In this document: positions 52,001-60,514 of the stretch, piece after piece
How the letters are laid out: every line of letters starts with the position of its first letter
How positions within the stretch are numbered: the stretch's first letter is position 1
Assembly: GCA_934636245.1 (NCBI GenBank)
Contig: CAKUAI010000004.1
Location: 131,923-195,922 of the forward strand
Reading direction: 5' to 3'
Length of the DNA: 64,000 nt
Source: an uncultured Coriobacteriales bacterium
GTDB taxonomy: Bacteria; Actinomycetota; Coriobacteriia; Coriobacteriales; UMGS124
The notes under the pieces: model-generated
What the model was told of the DNA's origin: nothing
The model's input: the letters and a program-made list of their open reading frames with translations, nothing else
Databases searched by the model: none
Program-made: the position numbers and the translations under genes

Positions 52001-54628
52001 CTAGTTACCGGCCGTGAAAAGCTCGCGGGCGAGCTTCAGGGCCTCGTCGATGCCTGCGGCGTCTTTGCCGCCGGCCTGGGCCATCTGGGGACGACCGCCG
52101 CCACCGCCCTTGATGGCGTGGGAGATGGTCTTGATGACCTTGCCGGCGTTGAAGCCCGCCTCAACGGCCTCGTCGCTGCCTGCAGCGAGCAGGATGGGGG
52201 CGCCGGACTCGTTGACGCTGGCGAAGACGCAGGCGCCGGGAGCAGAGAGCTTGCCGCGCACGAGGTCCCACTCGCTGCGCAGGCCCTCGGCGTCGAGACC
52301 GTCGAAACGGGCGACGCACACGGGGTAGCCAGCGTCGATCACGCCGGCGAGCGCCTCGTCGACCATGGCGGCCACAGAGGCGGCCTTGGCCTTCTTCTCG
52401 GCGTCCTCGAACTGCTTGATGGTGGCAAGGTTGTCCTCGACGCGCTTCACGACCTCGCCGGGAGCGACCTTGAGCAGGTCGGCGGCAGCCTTGAGGCTGG
52501 CCTGCTGCTCGTTGAGGAAGGCAAGGGCGTCGAAGGAGGTCACAGCCTCGATGCGGCGCACGTTGGCCGCGACGGAGCCCTCGGAGACGATCTTGACCAG
52601 ACCGCACTCGGCGGAGTTGGCCACATGCGTGCCGCCGCACAGCTCGCGGGAGAAGCCCTCGACGTCGACGACGCGCACCTCGGAGCCGTACTTCTCACCG
52701 AAGAGCGCGGTGGCGCCGCTGGCACGGGCCTCGTCGATGCTCATGACGCGGGTGGTCACGGGCAGGGCGGCCATGATCTTCTCGTTGGCGATGCGCTCGA
52801 CCTCGGCAAGCTCGGCGGCGCTCACAGCCTGGAAGTGCGTGAAGTCAAAGCGCAGGCGCGAAGGCTCCACAAGCGAGCCTGCCTGGTTGACATGGGTGCC
52901 GAGCACCTGGCGCAGGGCGGCGTGCAGGATGTGCGTGGCGGTGTGGTTGCGGGAGATGCGGGCGCGGGCCATCGTGTCGATGGCGGCAGTGCACTCGTCA
53001 CCTGCGTTGACGGTGCCGCTGAGCACCTGGCAGTGATGGACGGTGAGGACCTTCTCGGCATAGGTGGTGCCCAGGACCTGGAGCTTGAAGCCGTCGGCCT
53101 CGATGAAGCCGGTGTCGCCGCACTGGCCACCCTTCTCAGCGTAGAAGGGGGTGCGCTCGAGCAGGACGTCGACCTTGTCGCCGGCGCTTGCGCTCTCGAC
53201 GCTCTTCTCGTCGGCAACGAGGGCGCGTACGACGGTCTCGCAGGAGTCCTCGGTGTAGCCCACGAACTCGTCGGACTTGAACTTGTCGGCAAGGGCAACC
53301 CACACGGTGTCGAACTTGCCCCACACGACGTCCTTCACCTGGGAGCGGGCACGCTGACGCTGGGCGTCCATCTCGACCTTGAAGCCCTCGAGGTCGACGG
53401 TGTGGCCGGCAGCCTCGGCGATCTCGACCGTGAGGTCGATCGGGAAGCCGTAGGTGTCGTGCAGCTTGAAGGCGATGGCGCCGGGCACCCGGGCGCCGGC
53501 CTCGAGGTCGGCAAGGACCTCGTCGAGGTAGGACTGGCCGGTGCGCAGCGTCGAGGAGAAGCGCTCCTCCTCAGACTTGACGATACGGTGGATGAGCTCG
53601 GAGTTCTGCACAATCTCGGGATAGGCCGAACCCATCGCGGAGATGACCTCGTCGATGTAGTTGGCCATGAAGGTGCCCTCGACGCCGAGCATGCGCGCAT
53701 GGTAGACGGCGCGGCGCAACAGGCGGCGAAGGACGTAGCCGCGGCCCTCGTTGGAGGGCAGGATGCCGTCGCCGATCATGAACGTGACGGCGCGGGAGTG
53801 GTCGGCAAGGATGCGCAGGCTCATGTCAGACTTGGGATCCTCGCCGTACTTCTTGCCGGTGAGGTGCTCGCCCAGCTCAATGAGGCCGTGCATGAGGTCG
53901 CCGTCGTAGTTGGCCGACTTGCCCTGCATGATGGCCGTGATGCGCTCCAGGCCCATGCCCGTGTCGATGTTGCGGTGGGGCAGCTCAGGCATGGAGCCGT
54001 CCTCCTGGCGGTCGTACTGGGTGAACACGAGGTTCCAGAACTCCAGGTAGCGGTCGCAATCGCAACCGGGCGCGCAGTCGGGGCTGTCGCAGCCGACCTC
54101 AGGGCCCTGGTCGTAGTAGATCTCCGAGCACGGGCCGCAAGGACCGGTGGGGCCAGCGGCCCAGAAGTTGTCGTCCTCGCCCAGGCGGGAGATGTGCTCC
54201 TCGGGCACGCCGAGGCTCCTCCAGATGTCATGGGCGTCGTCGTCATCGGTGAAGATGGTGAAGTAGAGCTTGTCGAGCGGCAGGCCCAGGTACTTGGGCG
54301 AGGTGATGAACTCGAAGGCCCACTCGCAGGCCTGGCGCTTGGTGTAGCCGCCGAAGCCGAAGTTGCCCAGCATCTCGAAGAAGGAGAGGTGGCGACCGTC
54401 CTTGCCGATGTTGTCGATGTCATTGGTGCGCAGGCACTTCTGGCAAGAGCAGGCACCGATCTCGGCCATGGTCTTCTTGCCGAGGTAGTACTGCTTGAAC
54501 TGGTTCATGCCTGCGTTGGAGAGCAGCAGCGACGGGTCGTCGGGAATGAGCGACGACGACTGGACGCGGCGGCAGCCCTTCTCTTCGAAGAAGGACAGGA
54601 AGAGCTCGCGAATCTCGGCGGACTTCAA
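52001..54628 (-). CDS. alaS: Alanine--tRNA ligase
   Basis: 875 aa. FFEMLGNFGFG, the class II core, the editing domain (HTATHILH...CGGTH), and C-terminal DHHA1 with GGGGGRPQMAQAGG. Confidence 0.97.
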   Translation of the reverse strand: MKSAEIRELFLSFFEEKGCRRVQSSSLIPDDPSLLLSNAGMNQFKQYYLGKKTMAEIGACSCQKCLRTNDIDNIGKDGRHLSFFEMLGNFGFGGYTKRQACEWAFEFITSPKYLGLPLDKLYFTIFTDDDDAHDIWRSLGVPEEHISRLGEDDNFWAAGPTGPCGPCSEIYYDQGPEVGCDSPDCAPGCDCDRYLEFWNLVFTQYDRQEDGSMPELPHRNIDTGMGLERITAIMQGKSANYDGDLMHGLIELGEHLTGKKYGEDPKSDMSLRILADHSRAVTFMIGDGILPSNEGRGYVLRRLLRRAVYHARMLGVEGTFMANYIDEVISAMGSAYPEIVQNSELIHRIVKSEEERFSSTLRTGQSYLDEVLADLEAGARVPGAIAFKLHDTYGFPIDLTVEIAEAAGHTVDLEGFKVEMDAQRQRARSQVKDVVWGKFDTVWVALADKFKSDEFVGYTEDSCETVVRALVADEKSVESASAGDKVDVLLERTPFYAEKGGQCGDTGFIEADGFKLQVLGTTYAEKVLTVHHCQVLSGTVNAGDECTAAIDTMARARISRNHTATHILHAALRQVLGTHVNQAGSLVEPSRLRFDFTHFQAVSAAELAEVERIANEKIMAALPVTTRVMSIDEARASGATALFGEKYGSEVRVVDVEGFSRELCGGTHVANSAECGLVKIVSEGSVAANVRRIEAVTSFDALAFLNEQQASLKAAADLLKVAPGEVVKRVEDNLATIKQFEDAEKKAKAASVAAMVDEALAGVIDAGYPVCVARFDGLDAEGLRSEWDLVRGKLSAPGACVFASVNESGAPILLAAGSDEAVEAGFNAGKVIKTISHAIKGGGGGRPQMAQAGGKDAAGIDEALKLARELFTAGN

Positions 54629-54689
54629 GGGAAACTCCTTTGCTTACACGGTAGCGGCGTGTGGCCGACAAATCACAGATTGACGTATC

Positions 54690-55472
54690 TTACGCCGAAG
54701 GGTCGATATCTTTGCGCATGCGTTCAAGCGTCTTGTGCAAAAGCCTTGAAACCTGCACCTGACTCATGCCCATGCGCTCCGCAATCTGGGACTGAGTGAG
54801 CCCCTCGACGAAGCGCATCTCGACAAGGGCGCGCTCATTGGGCTCGAGCTTGGCAAGCGCCCCGGAGAGGACCATCTTGTCGTCGAGCGAGGCGAGGTCG
54901 GTGTCGACGGTGCCGAAGCGGTCGATGATCGAGGGCGCGTCGTCGTCGCCAGAACCGGGGGACTCCAGAGGCACGCTCGCGTAGGCCTCGGAAGACTCCA
55001 TGGCCTCGAGCACCTCGTCGACGGAAACGTCCAGGTAGTTGGCAATCTCCTCGACGGAGGGCGTGCGCTGGTTGCGCTGGGTGAGGGCCTCGTTGGCCTG
55101 GTTCACCTTTGCAGAGAGCTCCTGCAGGCGGCGCGGCACGCGTACCGACCAGCCCTTGTCGCGGAAGTGGCGCTTGATTTCGCCGAGAATGGTGGGCGTG
55201 GCATACGTCGTGAACTCAAGGCCGCGCTCCGGCTCGAAGCGGTCAATTGCCTTGATGAGGCCGATGGTACCAACCTGCACGAGGTCGTCGAGCGGCTCGC
55301 CGCGGTTTGCGAACTTCGCGGCAAGGAAGCGCACGAGGTTGAGATGGTTGACGATGAGCTGGTCGCGCGCCGCCATGTCGCCCTTGTCCTTGTATCGGGC
55401 GAAGAGCTCACGGGTGCGCTCCTTGTCCCAGGCGAGCTTGTGGGATCCCCTTGAATCAGCGGCCATTGGCAT
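54690..55472 (-). CDS. RNA polymerase sigma factor, SigB/SigF/SigG-type (group 3)
   Basis: The start is re-called to the ATG at 55472 or 55466 (MPMAADSRG...), overlapping the anti-sigma stop. Region 2 (DDLVQVGTIGLIKAIDRFEPERGLEFTTYATPTILGEIKRHFRD), VRVPRRLQEL, and a region 4 HTH (SQIAERMGMSQVQVSRLL). Confidence 0.88.
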   Translation of the reverse strand: MPMAADSRGSHKLAWDKERTRELFARYKDKGDMAARDQLIVNHLNLVRFLAAKFANRGEPLDDLVQVGTIGLIKAIDRFEPERGLEFTTYATPTILGEIKRHFRDKGWSVRVPRRLQELSAKVNQANEALTQRNQRTPSVEEIANYLDVSVDEVLEAMESSEAYASVPLESPGSGDDDAPSIIDRFGTVDTDLASLDDKMVLSGALAKLEPNERALVEMRFVEGLTQSQIAERMGMSQVQVSRLLHKTLERMRKDIDPSA

Positions 55473-55863
55473 CCCCGGCTTCTTTTTCGAGGTGAAGGGT
55501 GATGTCGGGCTCGTCGGAAATCTCATAGACGTCGCACATGGCCTGCAGGATAAGCGCCGAGTAGGCAAGCGCGGGCTCGTCGGGGTCGTCGGCACGCCAG
55601 TCATGGCCGAGCACGAAATCCATCGAGAGACGGCGGCCCGACACGGCAAAGCGAATCGAGAGACGCTCGCCGGGGTTCGTGGCAAGCGAGTAGATGAAGG
55701 CCTCCTCGGCGGCCATGCGCACGTCGTCGACTTCCTCGATGCCAAACCCGGCCAAGGTGGCGAGGTTGGCAGCGGTCATGCGCACGACGCGCGCATAGTC
55801 ACCCTGCGCAGGTACTTCCAGGGCCGTCAACTCGGTTTCTACACTGTGCTTGGAATCAGTCAT
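55456..55863 (-). CDS. RsbW/SpoIIAB-like anti-sigma factor with degenerate ATP-binding motifs
   Basis: 135 aa, directly upstream of and overlapping the sigma gene. The N-terminal pattern LEVPAQGDYARVVRMTAANLATLAGFGIEEVDDVRMAAEEA is typical of GHKL anti-sigma factors. No D-x-G-x-G or G-x-x-G-x-G box is present. Confidence 0.6.
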   Translation of the reverse strand: MTDSKHSVETELTALEVPAQGDYARVVRMTAANLATLAGFGIEEVDDVRMAAEEAFIYSLATNPGERLSIRFAVSGRRLSMDFVLGHDWRADDPDEPALAYSALILQAMCDVYEISDEPDITLHLEKEAGDANGR

Positions 55864-55878
55864 GATGCTCCTCGGGCC

Positions 55879-56484
55879 TTAATCGTTGTCAGGATAGGTG
55901 AAGTAGCCGGCTTCCTTGCGTGCAACCTCGATCTGAGGAACTGCCTCGAGCGGCTCGTCGCAAGACGTCTGCGCGTCGGCGTCGGAATCGCAGACAAGCC
56001 CGTCGGCCGCATCGGCCTCGCGGCTTGCATGCCCGCCTTCGGAGAGACCCTCGGCGCGATGCCCCAGGCGACGCCCGAATGCCGACTTCGCGCGCTGGGC
56101 GATGTTGCCGGCGGCGTCGTTAACGACACTGGCGGCATTGCCGGCCACGTTCGTGGCGCGGGATACGTCACCCAGGATAGCGTCGAGTCGGACAAGATCG
56201 TCGGAAAGGGCACCGATGGCGCCGGCAGTCTGGCGAAGCACGGGCTCCACCTGCACCACGGCAGGCTGGGCTTGCTCGAGCATGGCGTCAAGCTTCGCGA
56301 CAACAGGCTTGGCCTGCTCCACGACCTCGCCGGCAGAAGCAACGACCGGGCCCAGGTCGTCGGCAGCCTTCTTGAAGGCGTCGATGCAGGGACGCGCGCC
56401 GCGCACAGTGAGGGCGACCTCAACCGCAAGCCAAACAAGGGCCACGACAAGGACGACGAGCGCTACGGTAAGAATGGTTGGCAT
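55879..56484 (-). CDS. DUF948-like (YtxG-like) membrane-anchored coiled-coil protein with acidic C-terminal extension
   Basis: N-terminal TM helix (ILTVALVVLVVALVWLAVEVAL) followed by repetitive A/V/D/L helical segments typical of DUF948. AAAGGGG RBS. Confidence 0.65.
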   Translation of the reverse strand: MPTILTVALVVLVVALVWLAVEVALTVRGARPCIDAFKKAADDLGPVVASAGEVVEQAKPVVAKLDAMLEQAQPAVVQVEPVLRQTAGAIGALSDDLVRLDAILGDVSRATNVAGNAASVVNDAAGNIAQRAKSAFGRRLGHRAEGLSEGGHASREADAADGLVCDSDADAQTSCDEPLEAVPQIEVARKEAGYFTYPDND

Positions 56485-56543
56485 ACAAAGCCCCTTTCAG
56501 TTATGGGACAAACCCTATGCATCATGCCCTAGTTGGCGCACAA

Positions 56544-57905
56544 CTATACGCCCTGCCCGCCCTGCGGCGGGTCTCCCAACAAAAGCTGCCCATCAACGCT
56601 GCGCCTAGCATACTCCCAGCGGTACTGCTCCCAGCCGATTTGGCCCGGCTCGTAAAAGCACCCACGCTCAAGACCGTCGGGCAGGTATTGCTGCGCAACC
56701 CAATGGCCGGGATAGTCATGCGGATAGATGTAGTCGCCGTAGTTCTCGCTGCCAGGACGGTGCCGGTCGCGCAAATGGTTGGGGACGGCACGGGCGGGCG
56801 CCTCGCGAACGTCTTTGAAGGCACGCGCAAGACCCTTGTAGCTCGCATTGCTCTTGGGCGCGAGGGCCATGTACACGGCAGCCTGTGCGAGGTTGATGCG
56901 ACATTCGGGCATTCCGATGACCTCGCACGCCTTGAAGGCGGCCTCGGCCACGAGGATTGCCTGCGGGTCGGCGTTGCCCACATCCTCGCTGGCAGAGATG
57001 AAGATGCGCCGGGCGATGAACTTGGGGTCCTCCCCTCCTTCAAGCATGCGCGCCAGGTAATACAGGGCGGCGTCGGGGTCGGAGCCACGCATCGACTTGA
57101 TGAAAGCGGAGACCACGTCGTAATGCTCGTCGCCGCCCTTGTCGTAGCGCTGGGCGCGCGTGGGGGTCGCCTGGTCCACGTCGTCGGCGCTCACCGCGAT
57201 GGGACCATCGCCCTCGCGCTCGTCACGTGCGTCCGCAAGCTCGCAGGCGAGCTCGAGAGTGGTGAGGGCGCTTCGGGCGTCTCCGCCCGCAAGCAGGCAC
57301 ACGCGCGCCAGGGCGTCGTCGTCAAGCGTGTACTTACCCGCAAGGCCATCCGGGCTTGTCAGGGCATGCCGACAGATGGAGACGATGTCCTCGTCGGTGA
57401 GGCTGTGGAGCTCGACTACGCGCGAGCGAGACAAAAGCGCCTGGTTCACCTCGAAGAACGGGTTCTCCGTGGTGGCACCCACAAGCACGACGACGCGGTC
57501 CTCCACAGCGTGGAGCAGGGCATCTTGCTGGCCGCGGTTGAAGCGGTGGATCTCATCAACGAACAGGATGGTGCGCCGGCCGTTGATGACCAGACGGTTC
57601 TTTGCCGCGTCGATCTGCTCGCGCAGGTCCTTCACCGTACCGGTGACAGCCGACACTTCCACGAACTCGGCGCGCGTGGTGTGGGCGATGATGCGGGCCA
57701 GGGTGGTCTTGCCTGTGCCGGCCGGGCCAAAGAGGATGACCGAGCTCAACGTGTCGTGCTCGATGGCGCGGCGCAACCACGTCCCGGGACCCACGGCACT
57801 GTCCTGCCCGCAATACTCATCGAGCGTCTTGGGGCGCACGCGCACCGCCAGGGGCGCATTGGCGTTGACGCGACGCTCCTCGTTTGCTGTAAACAATGTC
57901 TGCAT
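56544..57905 (-). CDS. rarA: Replication-associated recombination protein A (RarA/MgsA AAA+ ATPase)
   Basis: LAVRVRPKTLDEY, Walker A GPAGTGKTT, Walker B LFVDEIHRFN, and the MgsA C-terminal domain (YDVVSAFIKSMRGSDPDAALYYLARML). The ATG at 57905 is preferred over the ORF-track start at 57932. Confidence 0.92.
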   Translation of the reverse strand: MQTLFTANEERRVNANAPLAVRVRPKTLDEYCGQDSAVGPGTWLRRAIEHDTLSSVILFGPAGTGKTTLARIIAHTTRAEFVEVSAVTGTVKDLREQIDAAKNRLVINGRRTILFVDEIHRFNRGQQDALLHAVEDRVVVLVGATTENPFFEVNQALLSRSRVVELHSLTDEDIVSICRHALTSPDGLAGKYTLDDDALARVCLLAGGDARSALTTLELACELADARDEREGDGPIAVSADDVDQATPTRAQRYDKGGDEHYDVVSAFIKSMRGSDPDAALYYLARMLEGGEDPKFIARRIFISASEDVGNADPQAILVAEAAFKACEVIGMPECRINLAQAAVYMALAPKSNASYKGLARAFKDVREAPARAVPNHLRDRHRPGSENYGDYIYPHDYPGHWVAQQYLPDGLERGCFYEPGQIGWEQYRWEYARRSVDGQLLLGDPPQGGQGV

Positions 57906-57949
57906 GTGCCTGGTGTTCCTTGGTCGAATCACAGAGTTGTTAGAAAACG

Positions 57950-59167
57950 TTACAAATCACTGAAGTAGCTGCGGCGGGGCGTTTTCCCCAGCTCTTCAGG
58001 AAAAAGGCGCTCGTAGAGCGCAGTGAAGTAGTCGTCGGTCATCGAGGCGATGAAGTCCATGACCGTTTGCTCGGGTGCGCTTTGCCAGTCGTAGTCGTGG
58101 CTATAGTACCCCGCATGGCGACAGACCGGCACGACATGATGAGCGAAGATGGGACTTGTCTCGTCGCCCGAGACAAGGTCGTCGAGCAGGCGTGCGAAGA
58201 GGGCCTCGAAACGTGGGGCAATCAACCCCTCGCACTCCCCTCCCACTGAGGGCGTCTCGTAAATGAGCTGGTAATTCTCGCGCTTGGCAGCCGCCAGCTC
58301 ATCGAAGGCCGCCTGCGAGAGCTCGATGTGGTCCTTGCCGTAGGAGTTCTCCACGATGTCGACCGTGAGGGCGGCAATGACCCATGAGTTGTAGGCGCCC
58401 ACGCCGCCCGTCCTGAACGGCACATCGGAATCGAGCAGGCCGGCGAGCTCGGCATCCTGGCGGTCCTTGCCCACATAGGCGATGATGTCGGACACGCGCA
58501 CGACGCAGCCTTCGAGCGTGGCGGGTGCAAGCGTGTGGATGAAATCGCGGCCCTTCTCATGACAGGCACGGATTGTCTCGTCAAGCTCGGCAAAACTGGA
58601 AAGGTCCGAGGTGCGCAGCACACGCCGCTCGTACTCGCCGTTGTGACAGAGGGCCCCGTCGAGGGCCTGCAGCGTGAGGTTGCGCCCGTAGATGCGGTCC
58701 ATGACCTCGACGCTATGGACGTTGTGCGCAAAGTGCAGGCCGGTGCGTGCGTGATACACCTCGTCAAGGCAGCGCTCGCCGGCGTGGCCGAAGGGCGTGT
58801 GGCCGATGTCATGGGCAAGGGCTATAGCCTCGACAAGGTCGAGGTTGAGGCCCAGGGGGCGCGCGATGTCGCGGGCGATGCGGCTCACGAGCTGCACGTG
58901 CTGACCGCGCCGCGTGATGTCGTCGTTCTGGCGAAACGAGAAGACCTGCGTCTTGCCGGCATAACGGTTGTACGCAGGCACATTGAGCGTCTTTTCGATG
59001 TCGCGGACAAAAGCGGGACGCATAAGCGTCTGATCGTCGCGCGCGGCAGGAACGCGCCGCAGGGCCGCGGCGTCAGGACAGCGCCACGGGCTCACACGGC
59101 CGTGAGCGTAGTCGTCGGCAATCTGGGCTGCCAGTTCCTCGCTCAAAGAGAGCGGTGCGTCATACAT
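57950..59167 (-). CDS. dGTPase-family HD-domain phosphohydrolase
   Basis: HD motif AHDIGHTPFGHAGE, an upstream RR..H.QLVS segment typical of dGTP triphosphohydrolase-like proteins, and a downstream SDIIAY-type motif (VSDIIAYVGKD). The ATG at 59167 has GGGAGG 9 nt upstream (the ORF track starts at TTG 59191). Confidence 0.85.
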   Translation of the reverse strand: MYDAPLSLSEELAAQIADDYAHGRVSPWRCPDAAALRRVPAARDDQTLMRPAFVRDIEKTLNVPAYNRYAGKTQVFSFRQNDDITRRGQHVQLVSRIARDIARPLGLNLDLVEAIALAHDIGHTPFGHAGERCLDEVYHARTGLHFAHNVHSVEVMDRIYGRNLTLQALDGALCHNGEYERRVLRTSDLSSFAELDETIRACHEKGRDFIHTLAPATLEGCVVRVSDIIAYVGKDRQDAELAGLLDSDVPFRTGGVGAYNSWVIAALTVDIVENSYGKDHIELSQAAFDELAAAKRENYQLIYETPSVGGECEGLIAPRFEALFARLLDDLVSGDETSPIFAHHVVPVCRHAGYYSHDYDWQSAPEQTVMDFIASMTDDYFTALYERLFPEELGKTPRRSYFSDL

Positions 59168-59348
59168 GTCGTCTTGCCTCCCGGCGCCCAATGGCTGCCT
59201 GTCTTGTGGCGTATACGCCGCATTGCCAACATTTGGGATTCTACAAGTCCTCTTGAAGGTTGTAATGGTCTATTATGAAAACCCTGTAAACACGGGCAGT
59301 CTGCCCGCACACGAGACTGTCAGACTCCAAGTGACGAGGAGCTATCAC

Positions 59349-60398
59349 ATGGCAAACGAAGGCAGCTTCGAGGCAAGCCTCAAGCGCAGCAACCAGATCA
59401 AGGAAGACCTTGCCCTGCACCCCGAGAACTACCGCATGCTCACGGGCGACCGTCCCACCGGCCGCCTGCACCTGGGCCACTACTTCGGCACCATCCGCGA
59501 GCGCGTGCGCCTGCAGGACATGGGCGTCAACACGATGGTGCTCATCGCCGACTACCAGGTCATCACCGACCGCGACACCACGGCCAACATCCAGGACAAC
59601 GTGTACAACATGGTCATGGACTACCTGGCCTGCGGCATCGACCCCGCCAAGACGCCCATTTACACGCACTCGGCCATCGCCGCTTGCAACCAGCTCATGC
59701 TCCCCTTCTTGTCGCTTGTGACCGAGGCTGAGCTGCAGCGCAACCCCACCGTCAAGGCTGAGATGGAGGCCTCGGGCCACGCGCTCACCGGCCTTCTGCT
59801 CACCTACCCCATCCACCAGGCCTGCGACATCCTGTTCTGCAAGGGCAACGTCGTGCCCGTGGGCAAGGACCAGCTGCCCCACATCGAGGCCACGCGCCTT
59901 GTCGCACGCAGGTTCAACGAGCGTTACGGCCAGGTCTTCCCTGAGCCCGAGGCACTGCTCACCGACGCCATCGAGATCCCTGGTCTCGACGGCCGCAAGA
60001 TGAGCAAGTCCTACGGCAACGCCATCTCCCTGTCCATGACCGAGGAAGAGACGGCCAAGCGCATCAAGAAGTCCACGACCGACGCCGACCGCAACATCTA
60101 CTTCGACAAGGAGAACCGCCCCGGCGTGTCGGCCCTCCTTACGACCGCGGCGCTGTGCACCGGCCGCAAGGAGACCGAGATCGCCGAGGAGATCGGCGAC
60201 GGCGGCTCGGGCACCCTCAAGAAGTACGTCACCGAGGCCGTCAACGGCTACCTCGCCCCTATCCGCGAGCGTCGTCGCGCTTACGAGCAGGACCTCGACT
60301 ACATCAAGGACGTCATCCACGAGGGCAACAAGCGCGCCAACGAGATTGCCGACGCCACCCTCGACGAGGTTCGCGCCGCCATGGGCATGGTGTACTAG
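59349..60398 (+). CDS. trpS: Tryptophan--tRNA ligase
   Basis: The ATG at 59349 has GAGGAG upstream. HIGH-type motif TGRLHLGHY, the KMSKS motif (GRKMSKSYGN), and D-Q (VPVGKDQ). Confidence 0.93.
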   Translation: MANEGSFEASLKRSNQIKEDLALHPENYRMLTGDRPTGRLHLGHYFGTIRERVRLQDMGVNTMVLIADYQVITDRDTTANIQDNVYNMVMDYLACGIDPAKTPIYTHSAIAACNQLMLPFLSLVTEAELQRNPTVKAEMEASGHALTGLLLTYPIHQACDILFCKGNVVPVGKDQLPHIEATRLVARRFNERYGQVFPEPEALLTDAIEIPGLDGRKMSKSYGNAISLSMTEEETAKRIKKSTTDADRNIYFDKENRPGVSALLTTAALCTGRKETEIAEEIGDGGSGTLKKYVTEAVNGYLAPIRERRRAYEQDLDYIKDVIHEGNKRANEIADATLDEVRAAMGMVY

Positions 60399-60451
60399 GC
60401 TCCTTGACGTCGACGAGTCCGTCATCGGCCGCGCACTTCAACGCCTAACGC

Positions 60452-60487
60452 AAAAGGCTCCCAGGGTCAAACCCTGGGAGCCTTTTT
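60452..60487. terminator. Bidirectional intrinsic terminator between convergent trpS and the 423-aa hypothetical gene
   Basis: 15-bp stem AAAAGGCTCCCAGGG (60452-60466) / CCCTGGGAGCCTTTT (60472-60486) with a 5-nt loop and A/T runs on both sides. Confidence 0.7.
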
Positions 60488-60514
60488 CATACCTGGAATA
60501 TGCGAGAGGCCGTC

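Noticed and set aside
56485-56543. SigF/SigB-type promoter (GGTTT-N15-GGGGCT) directly upstream of the DUF948 gene, which would give a leaderless autoregulated transcript.
   Set aside because: The supposed -10 (GGGGCT) ends 4 nt before the ATG and is far better explained as the Shine-Dalgarno sequence (AAAGGGG). It also matches the GGGTA(T/C) consensus poorly.
59168-59348. Possible T-box riboswitch leader upstream of trpS.
   Set aside because: The leader is only about 180 nt and is shared with a divergent promoter. It has no T-box sequence (AGGGTGG-ACCGCG-like), no specifier-loop/terminator-antiterminator arrangement, and no U-tract terminator before the ATG.
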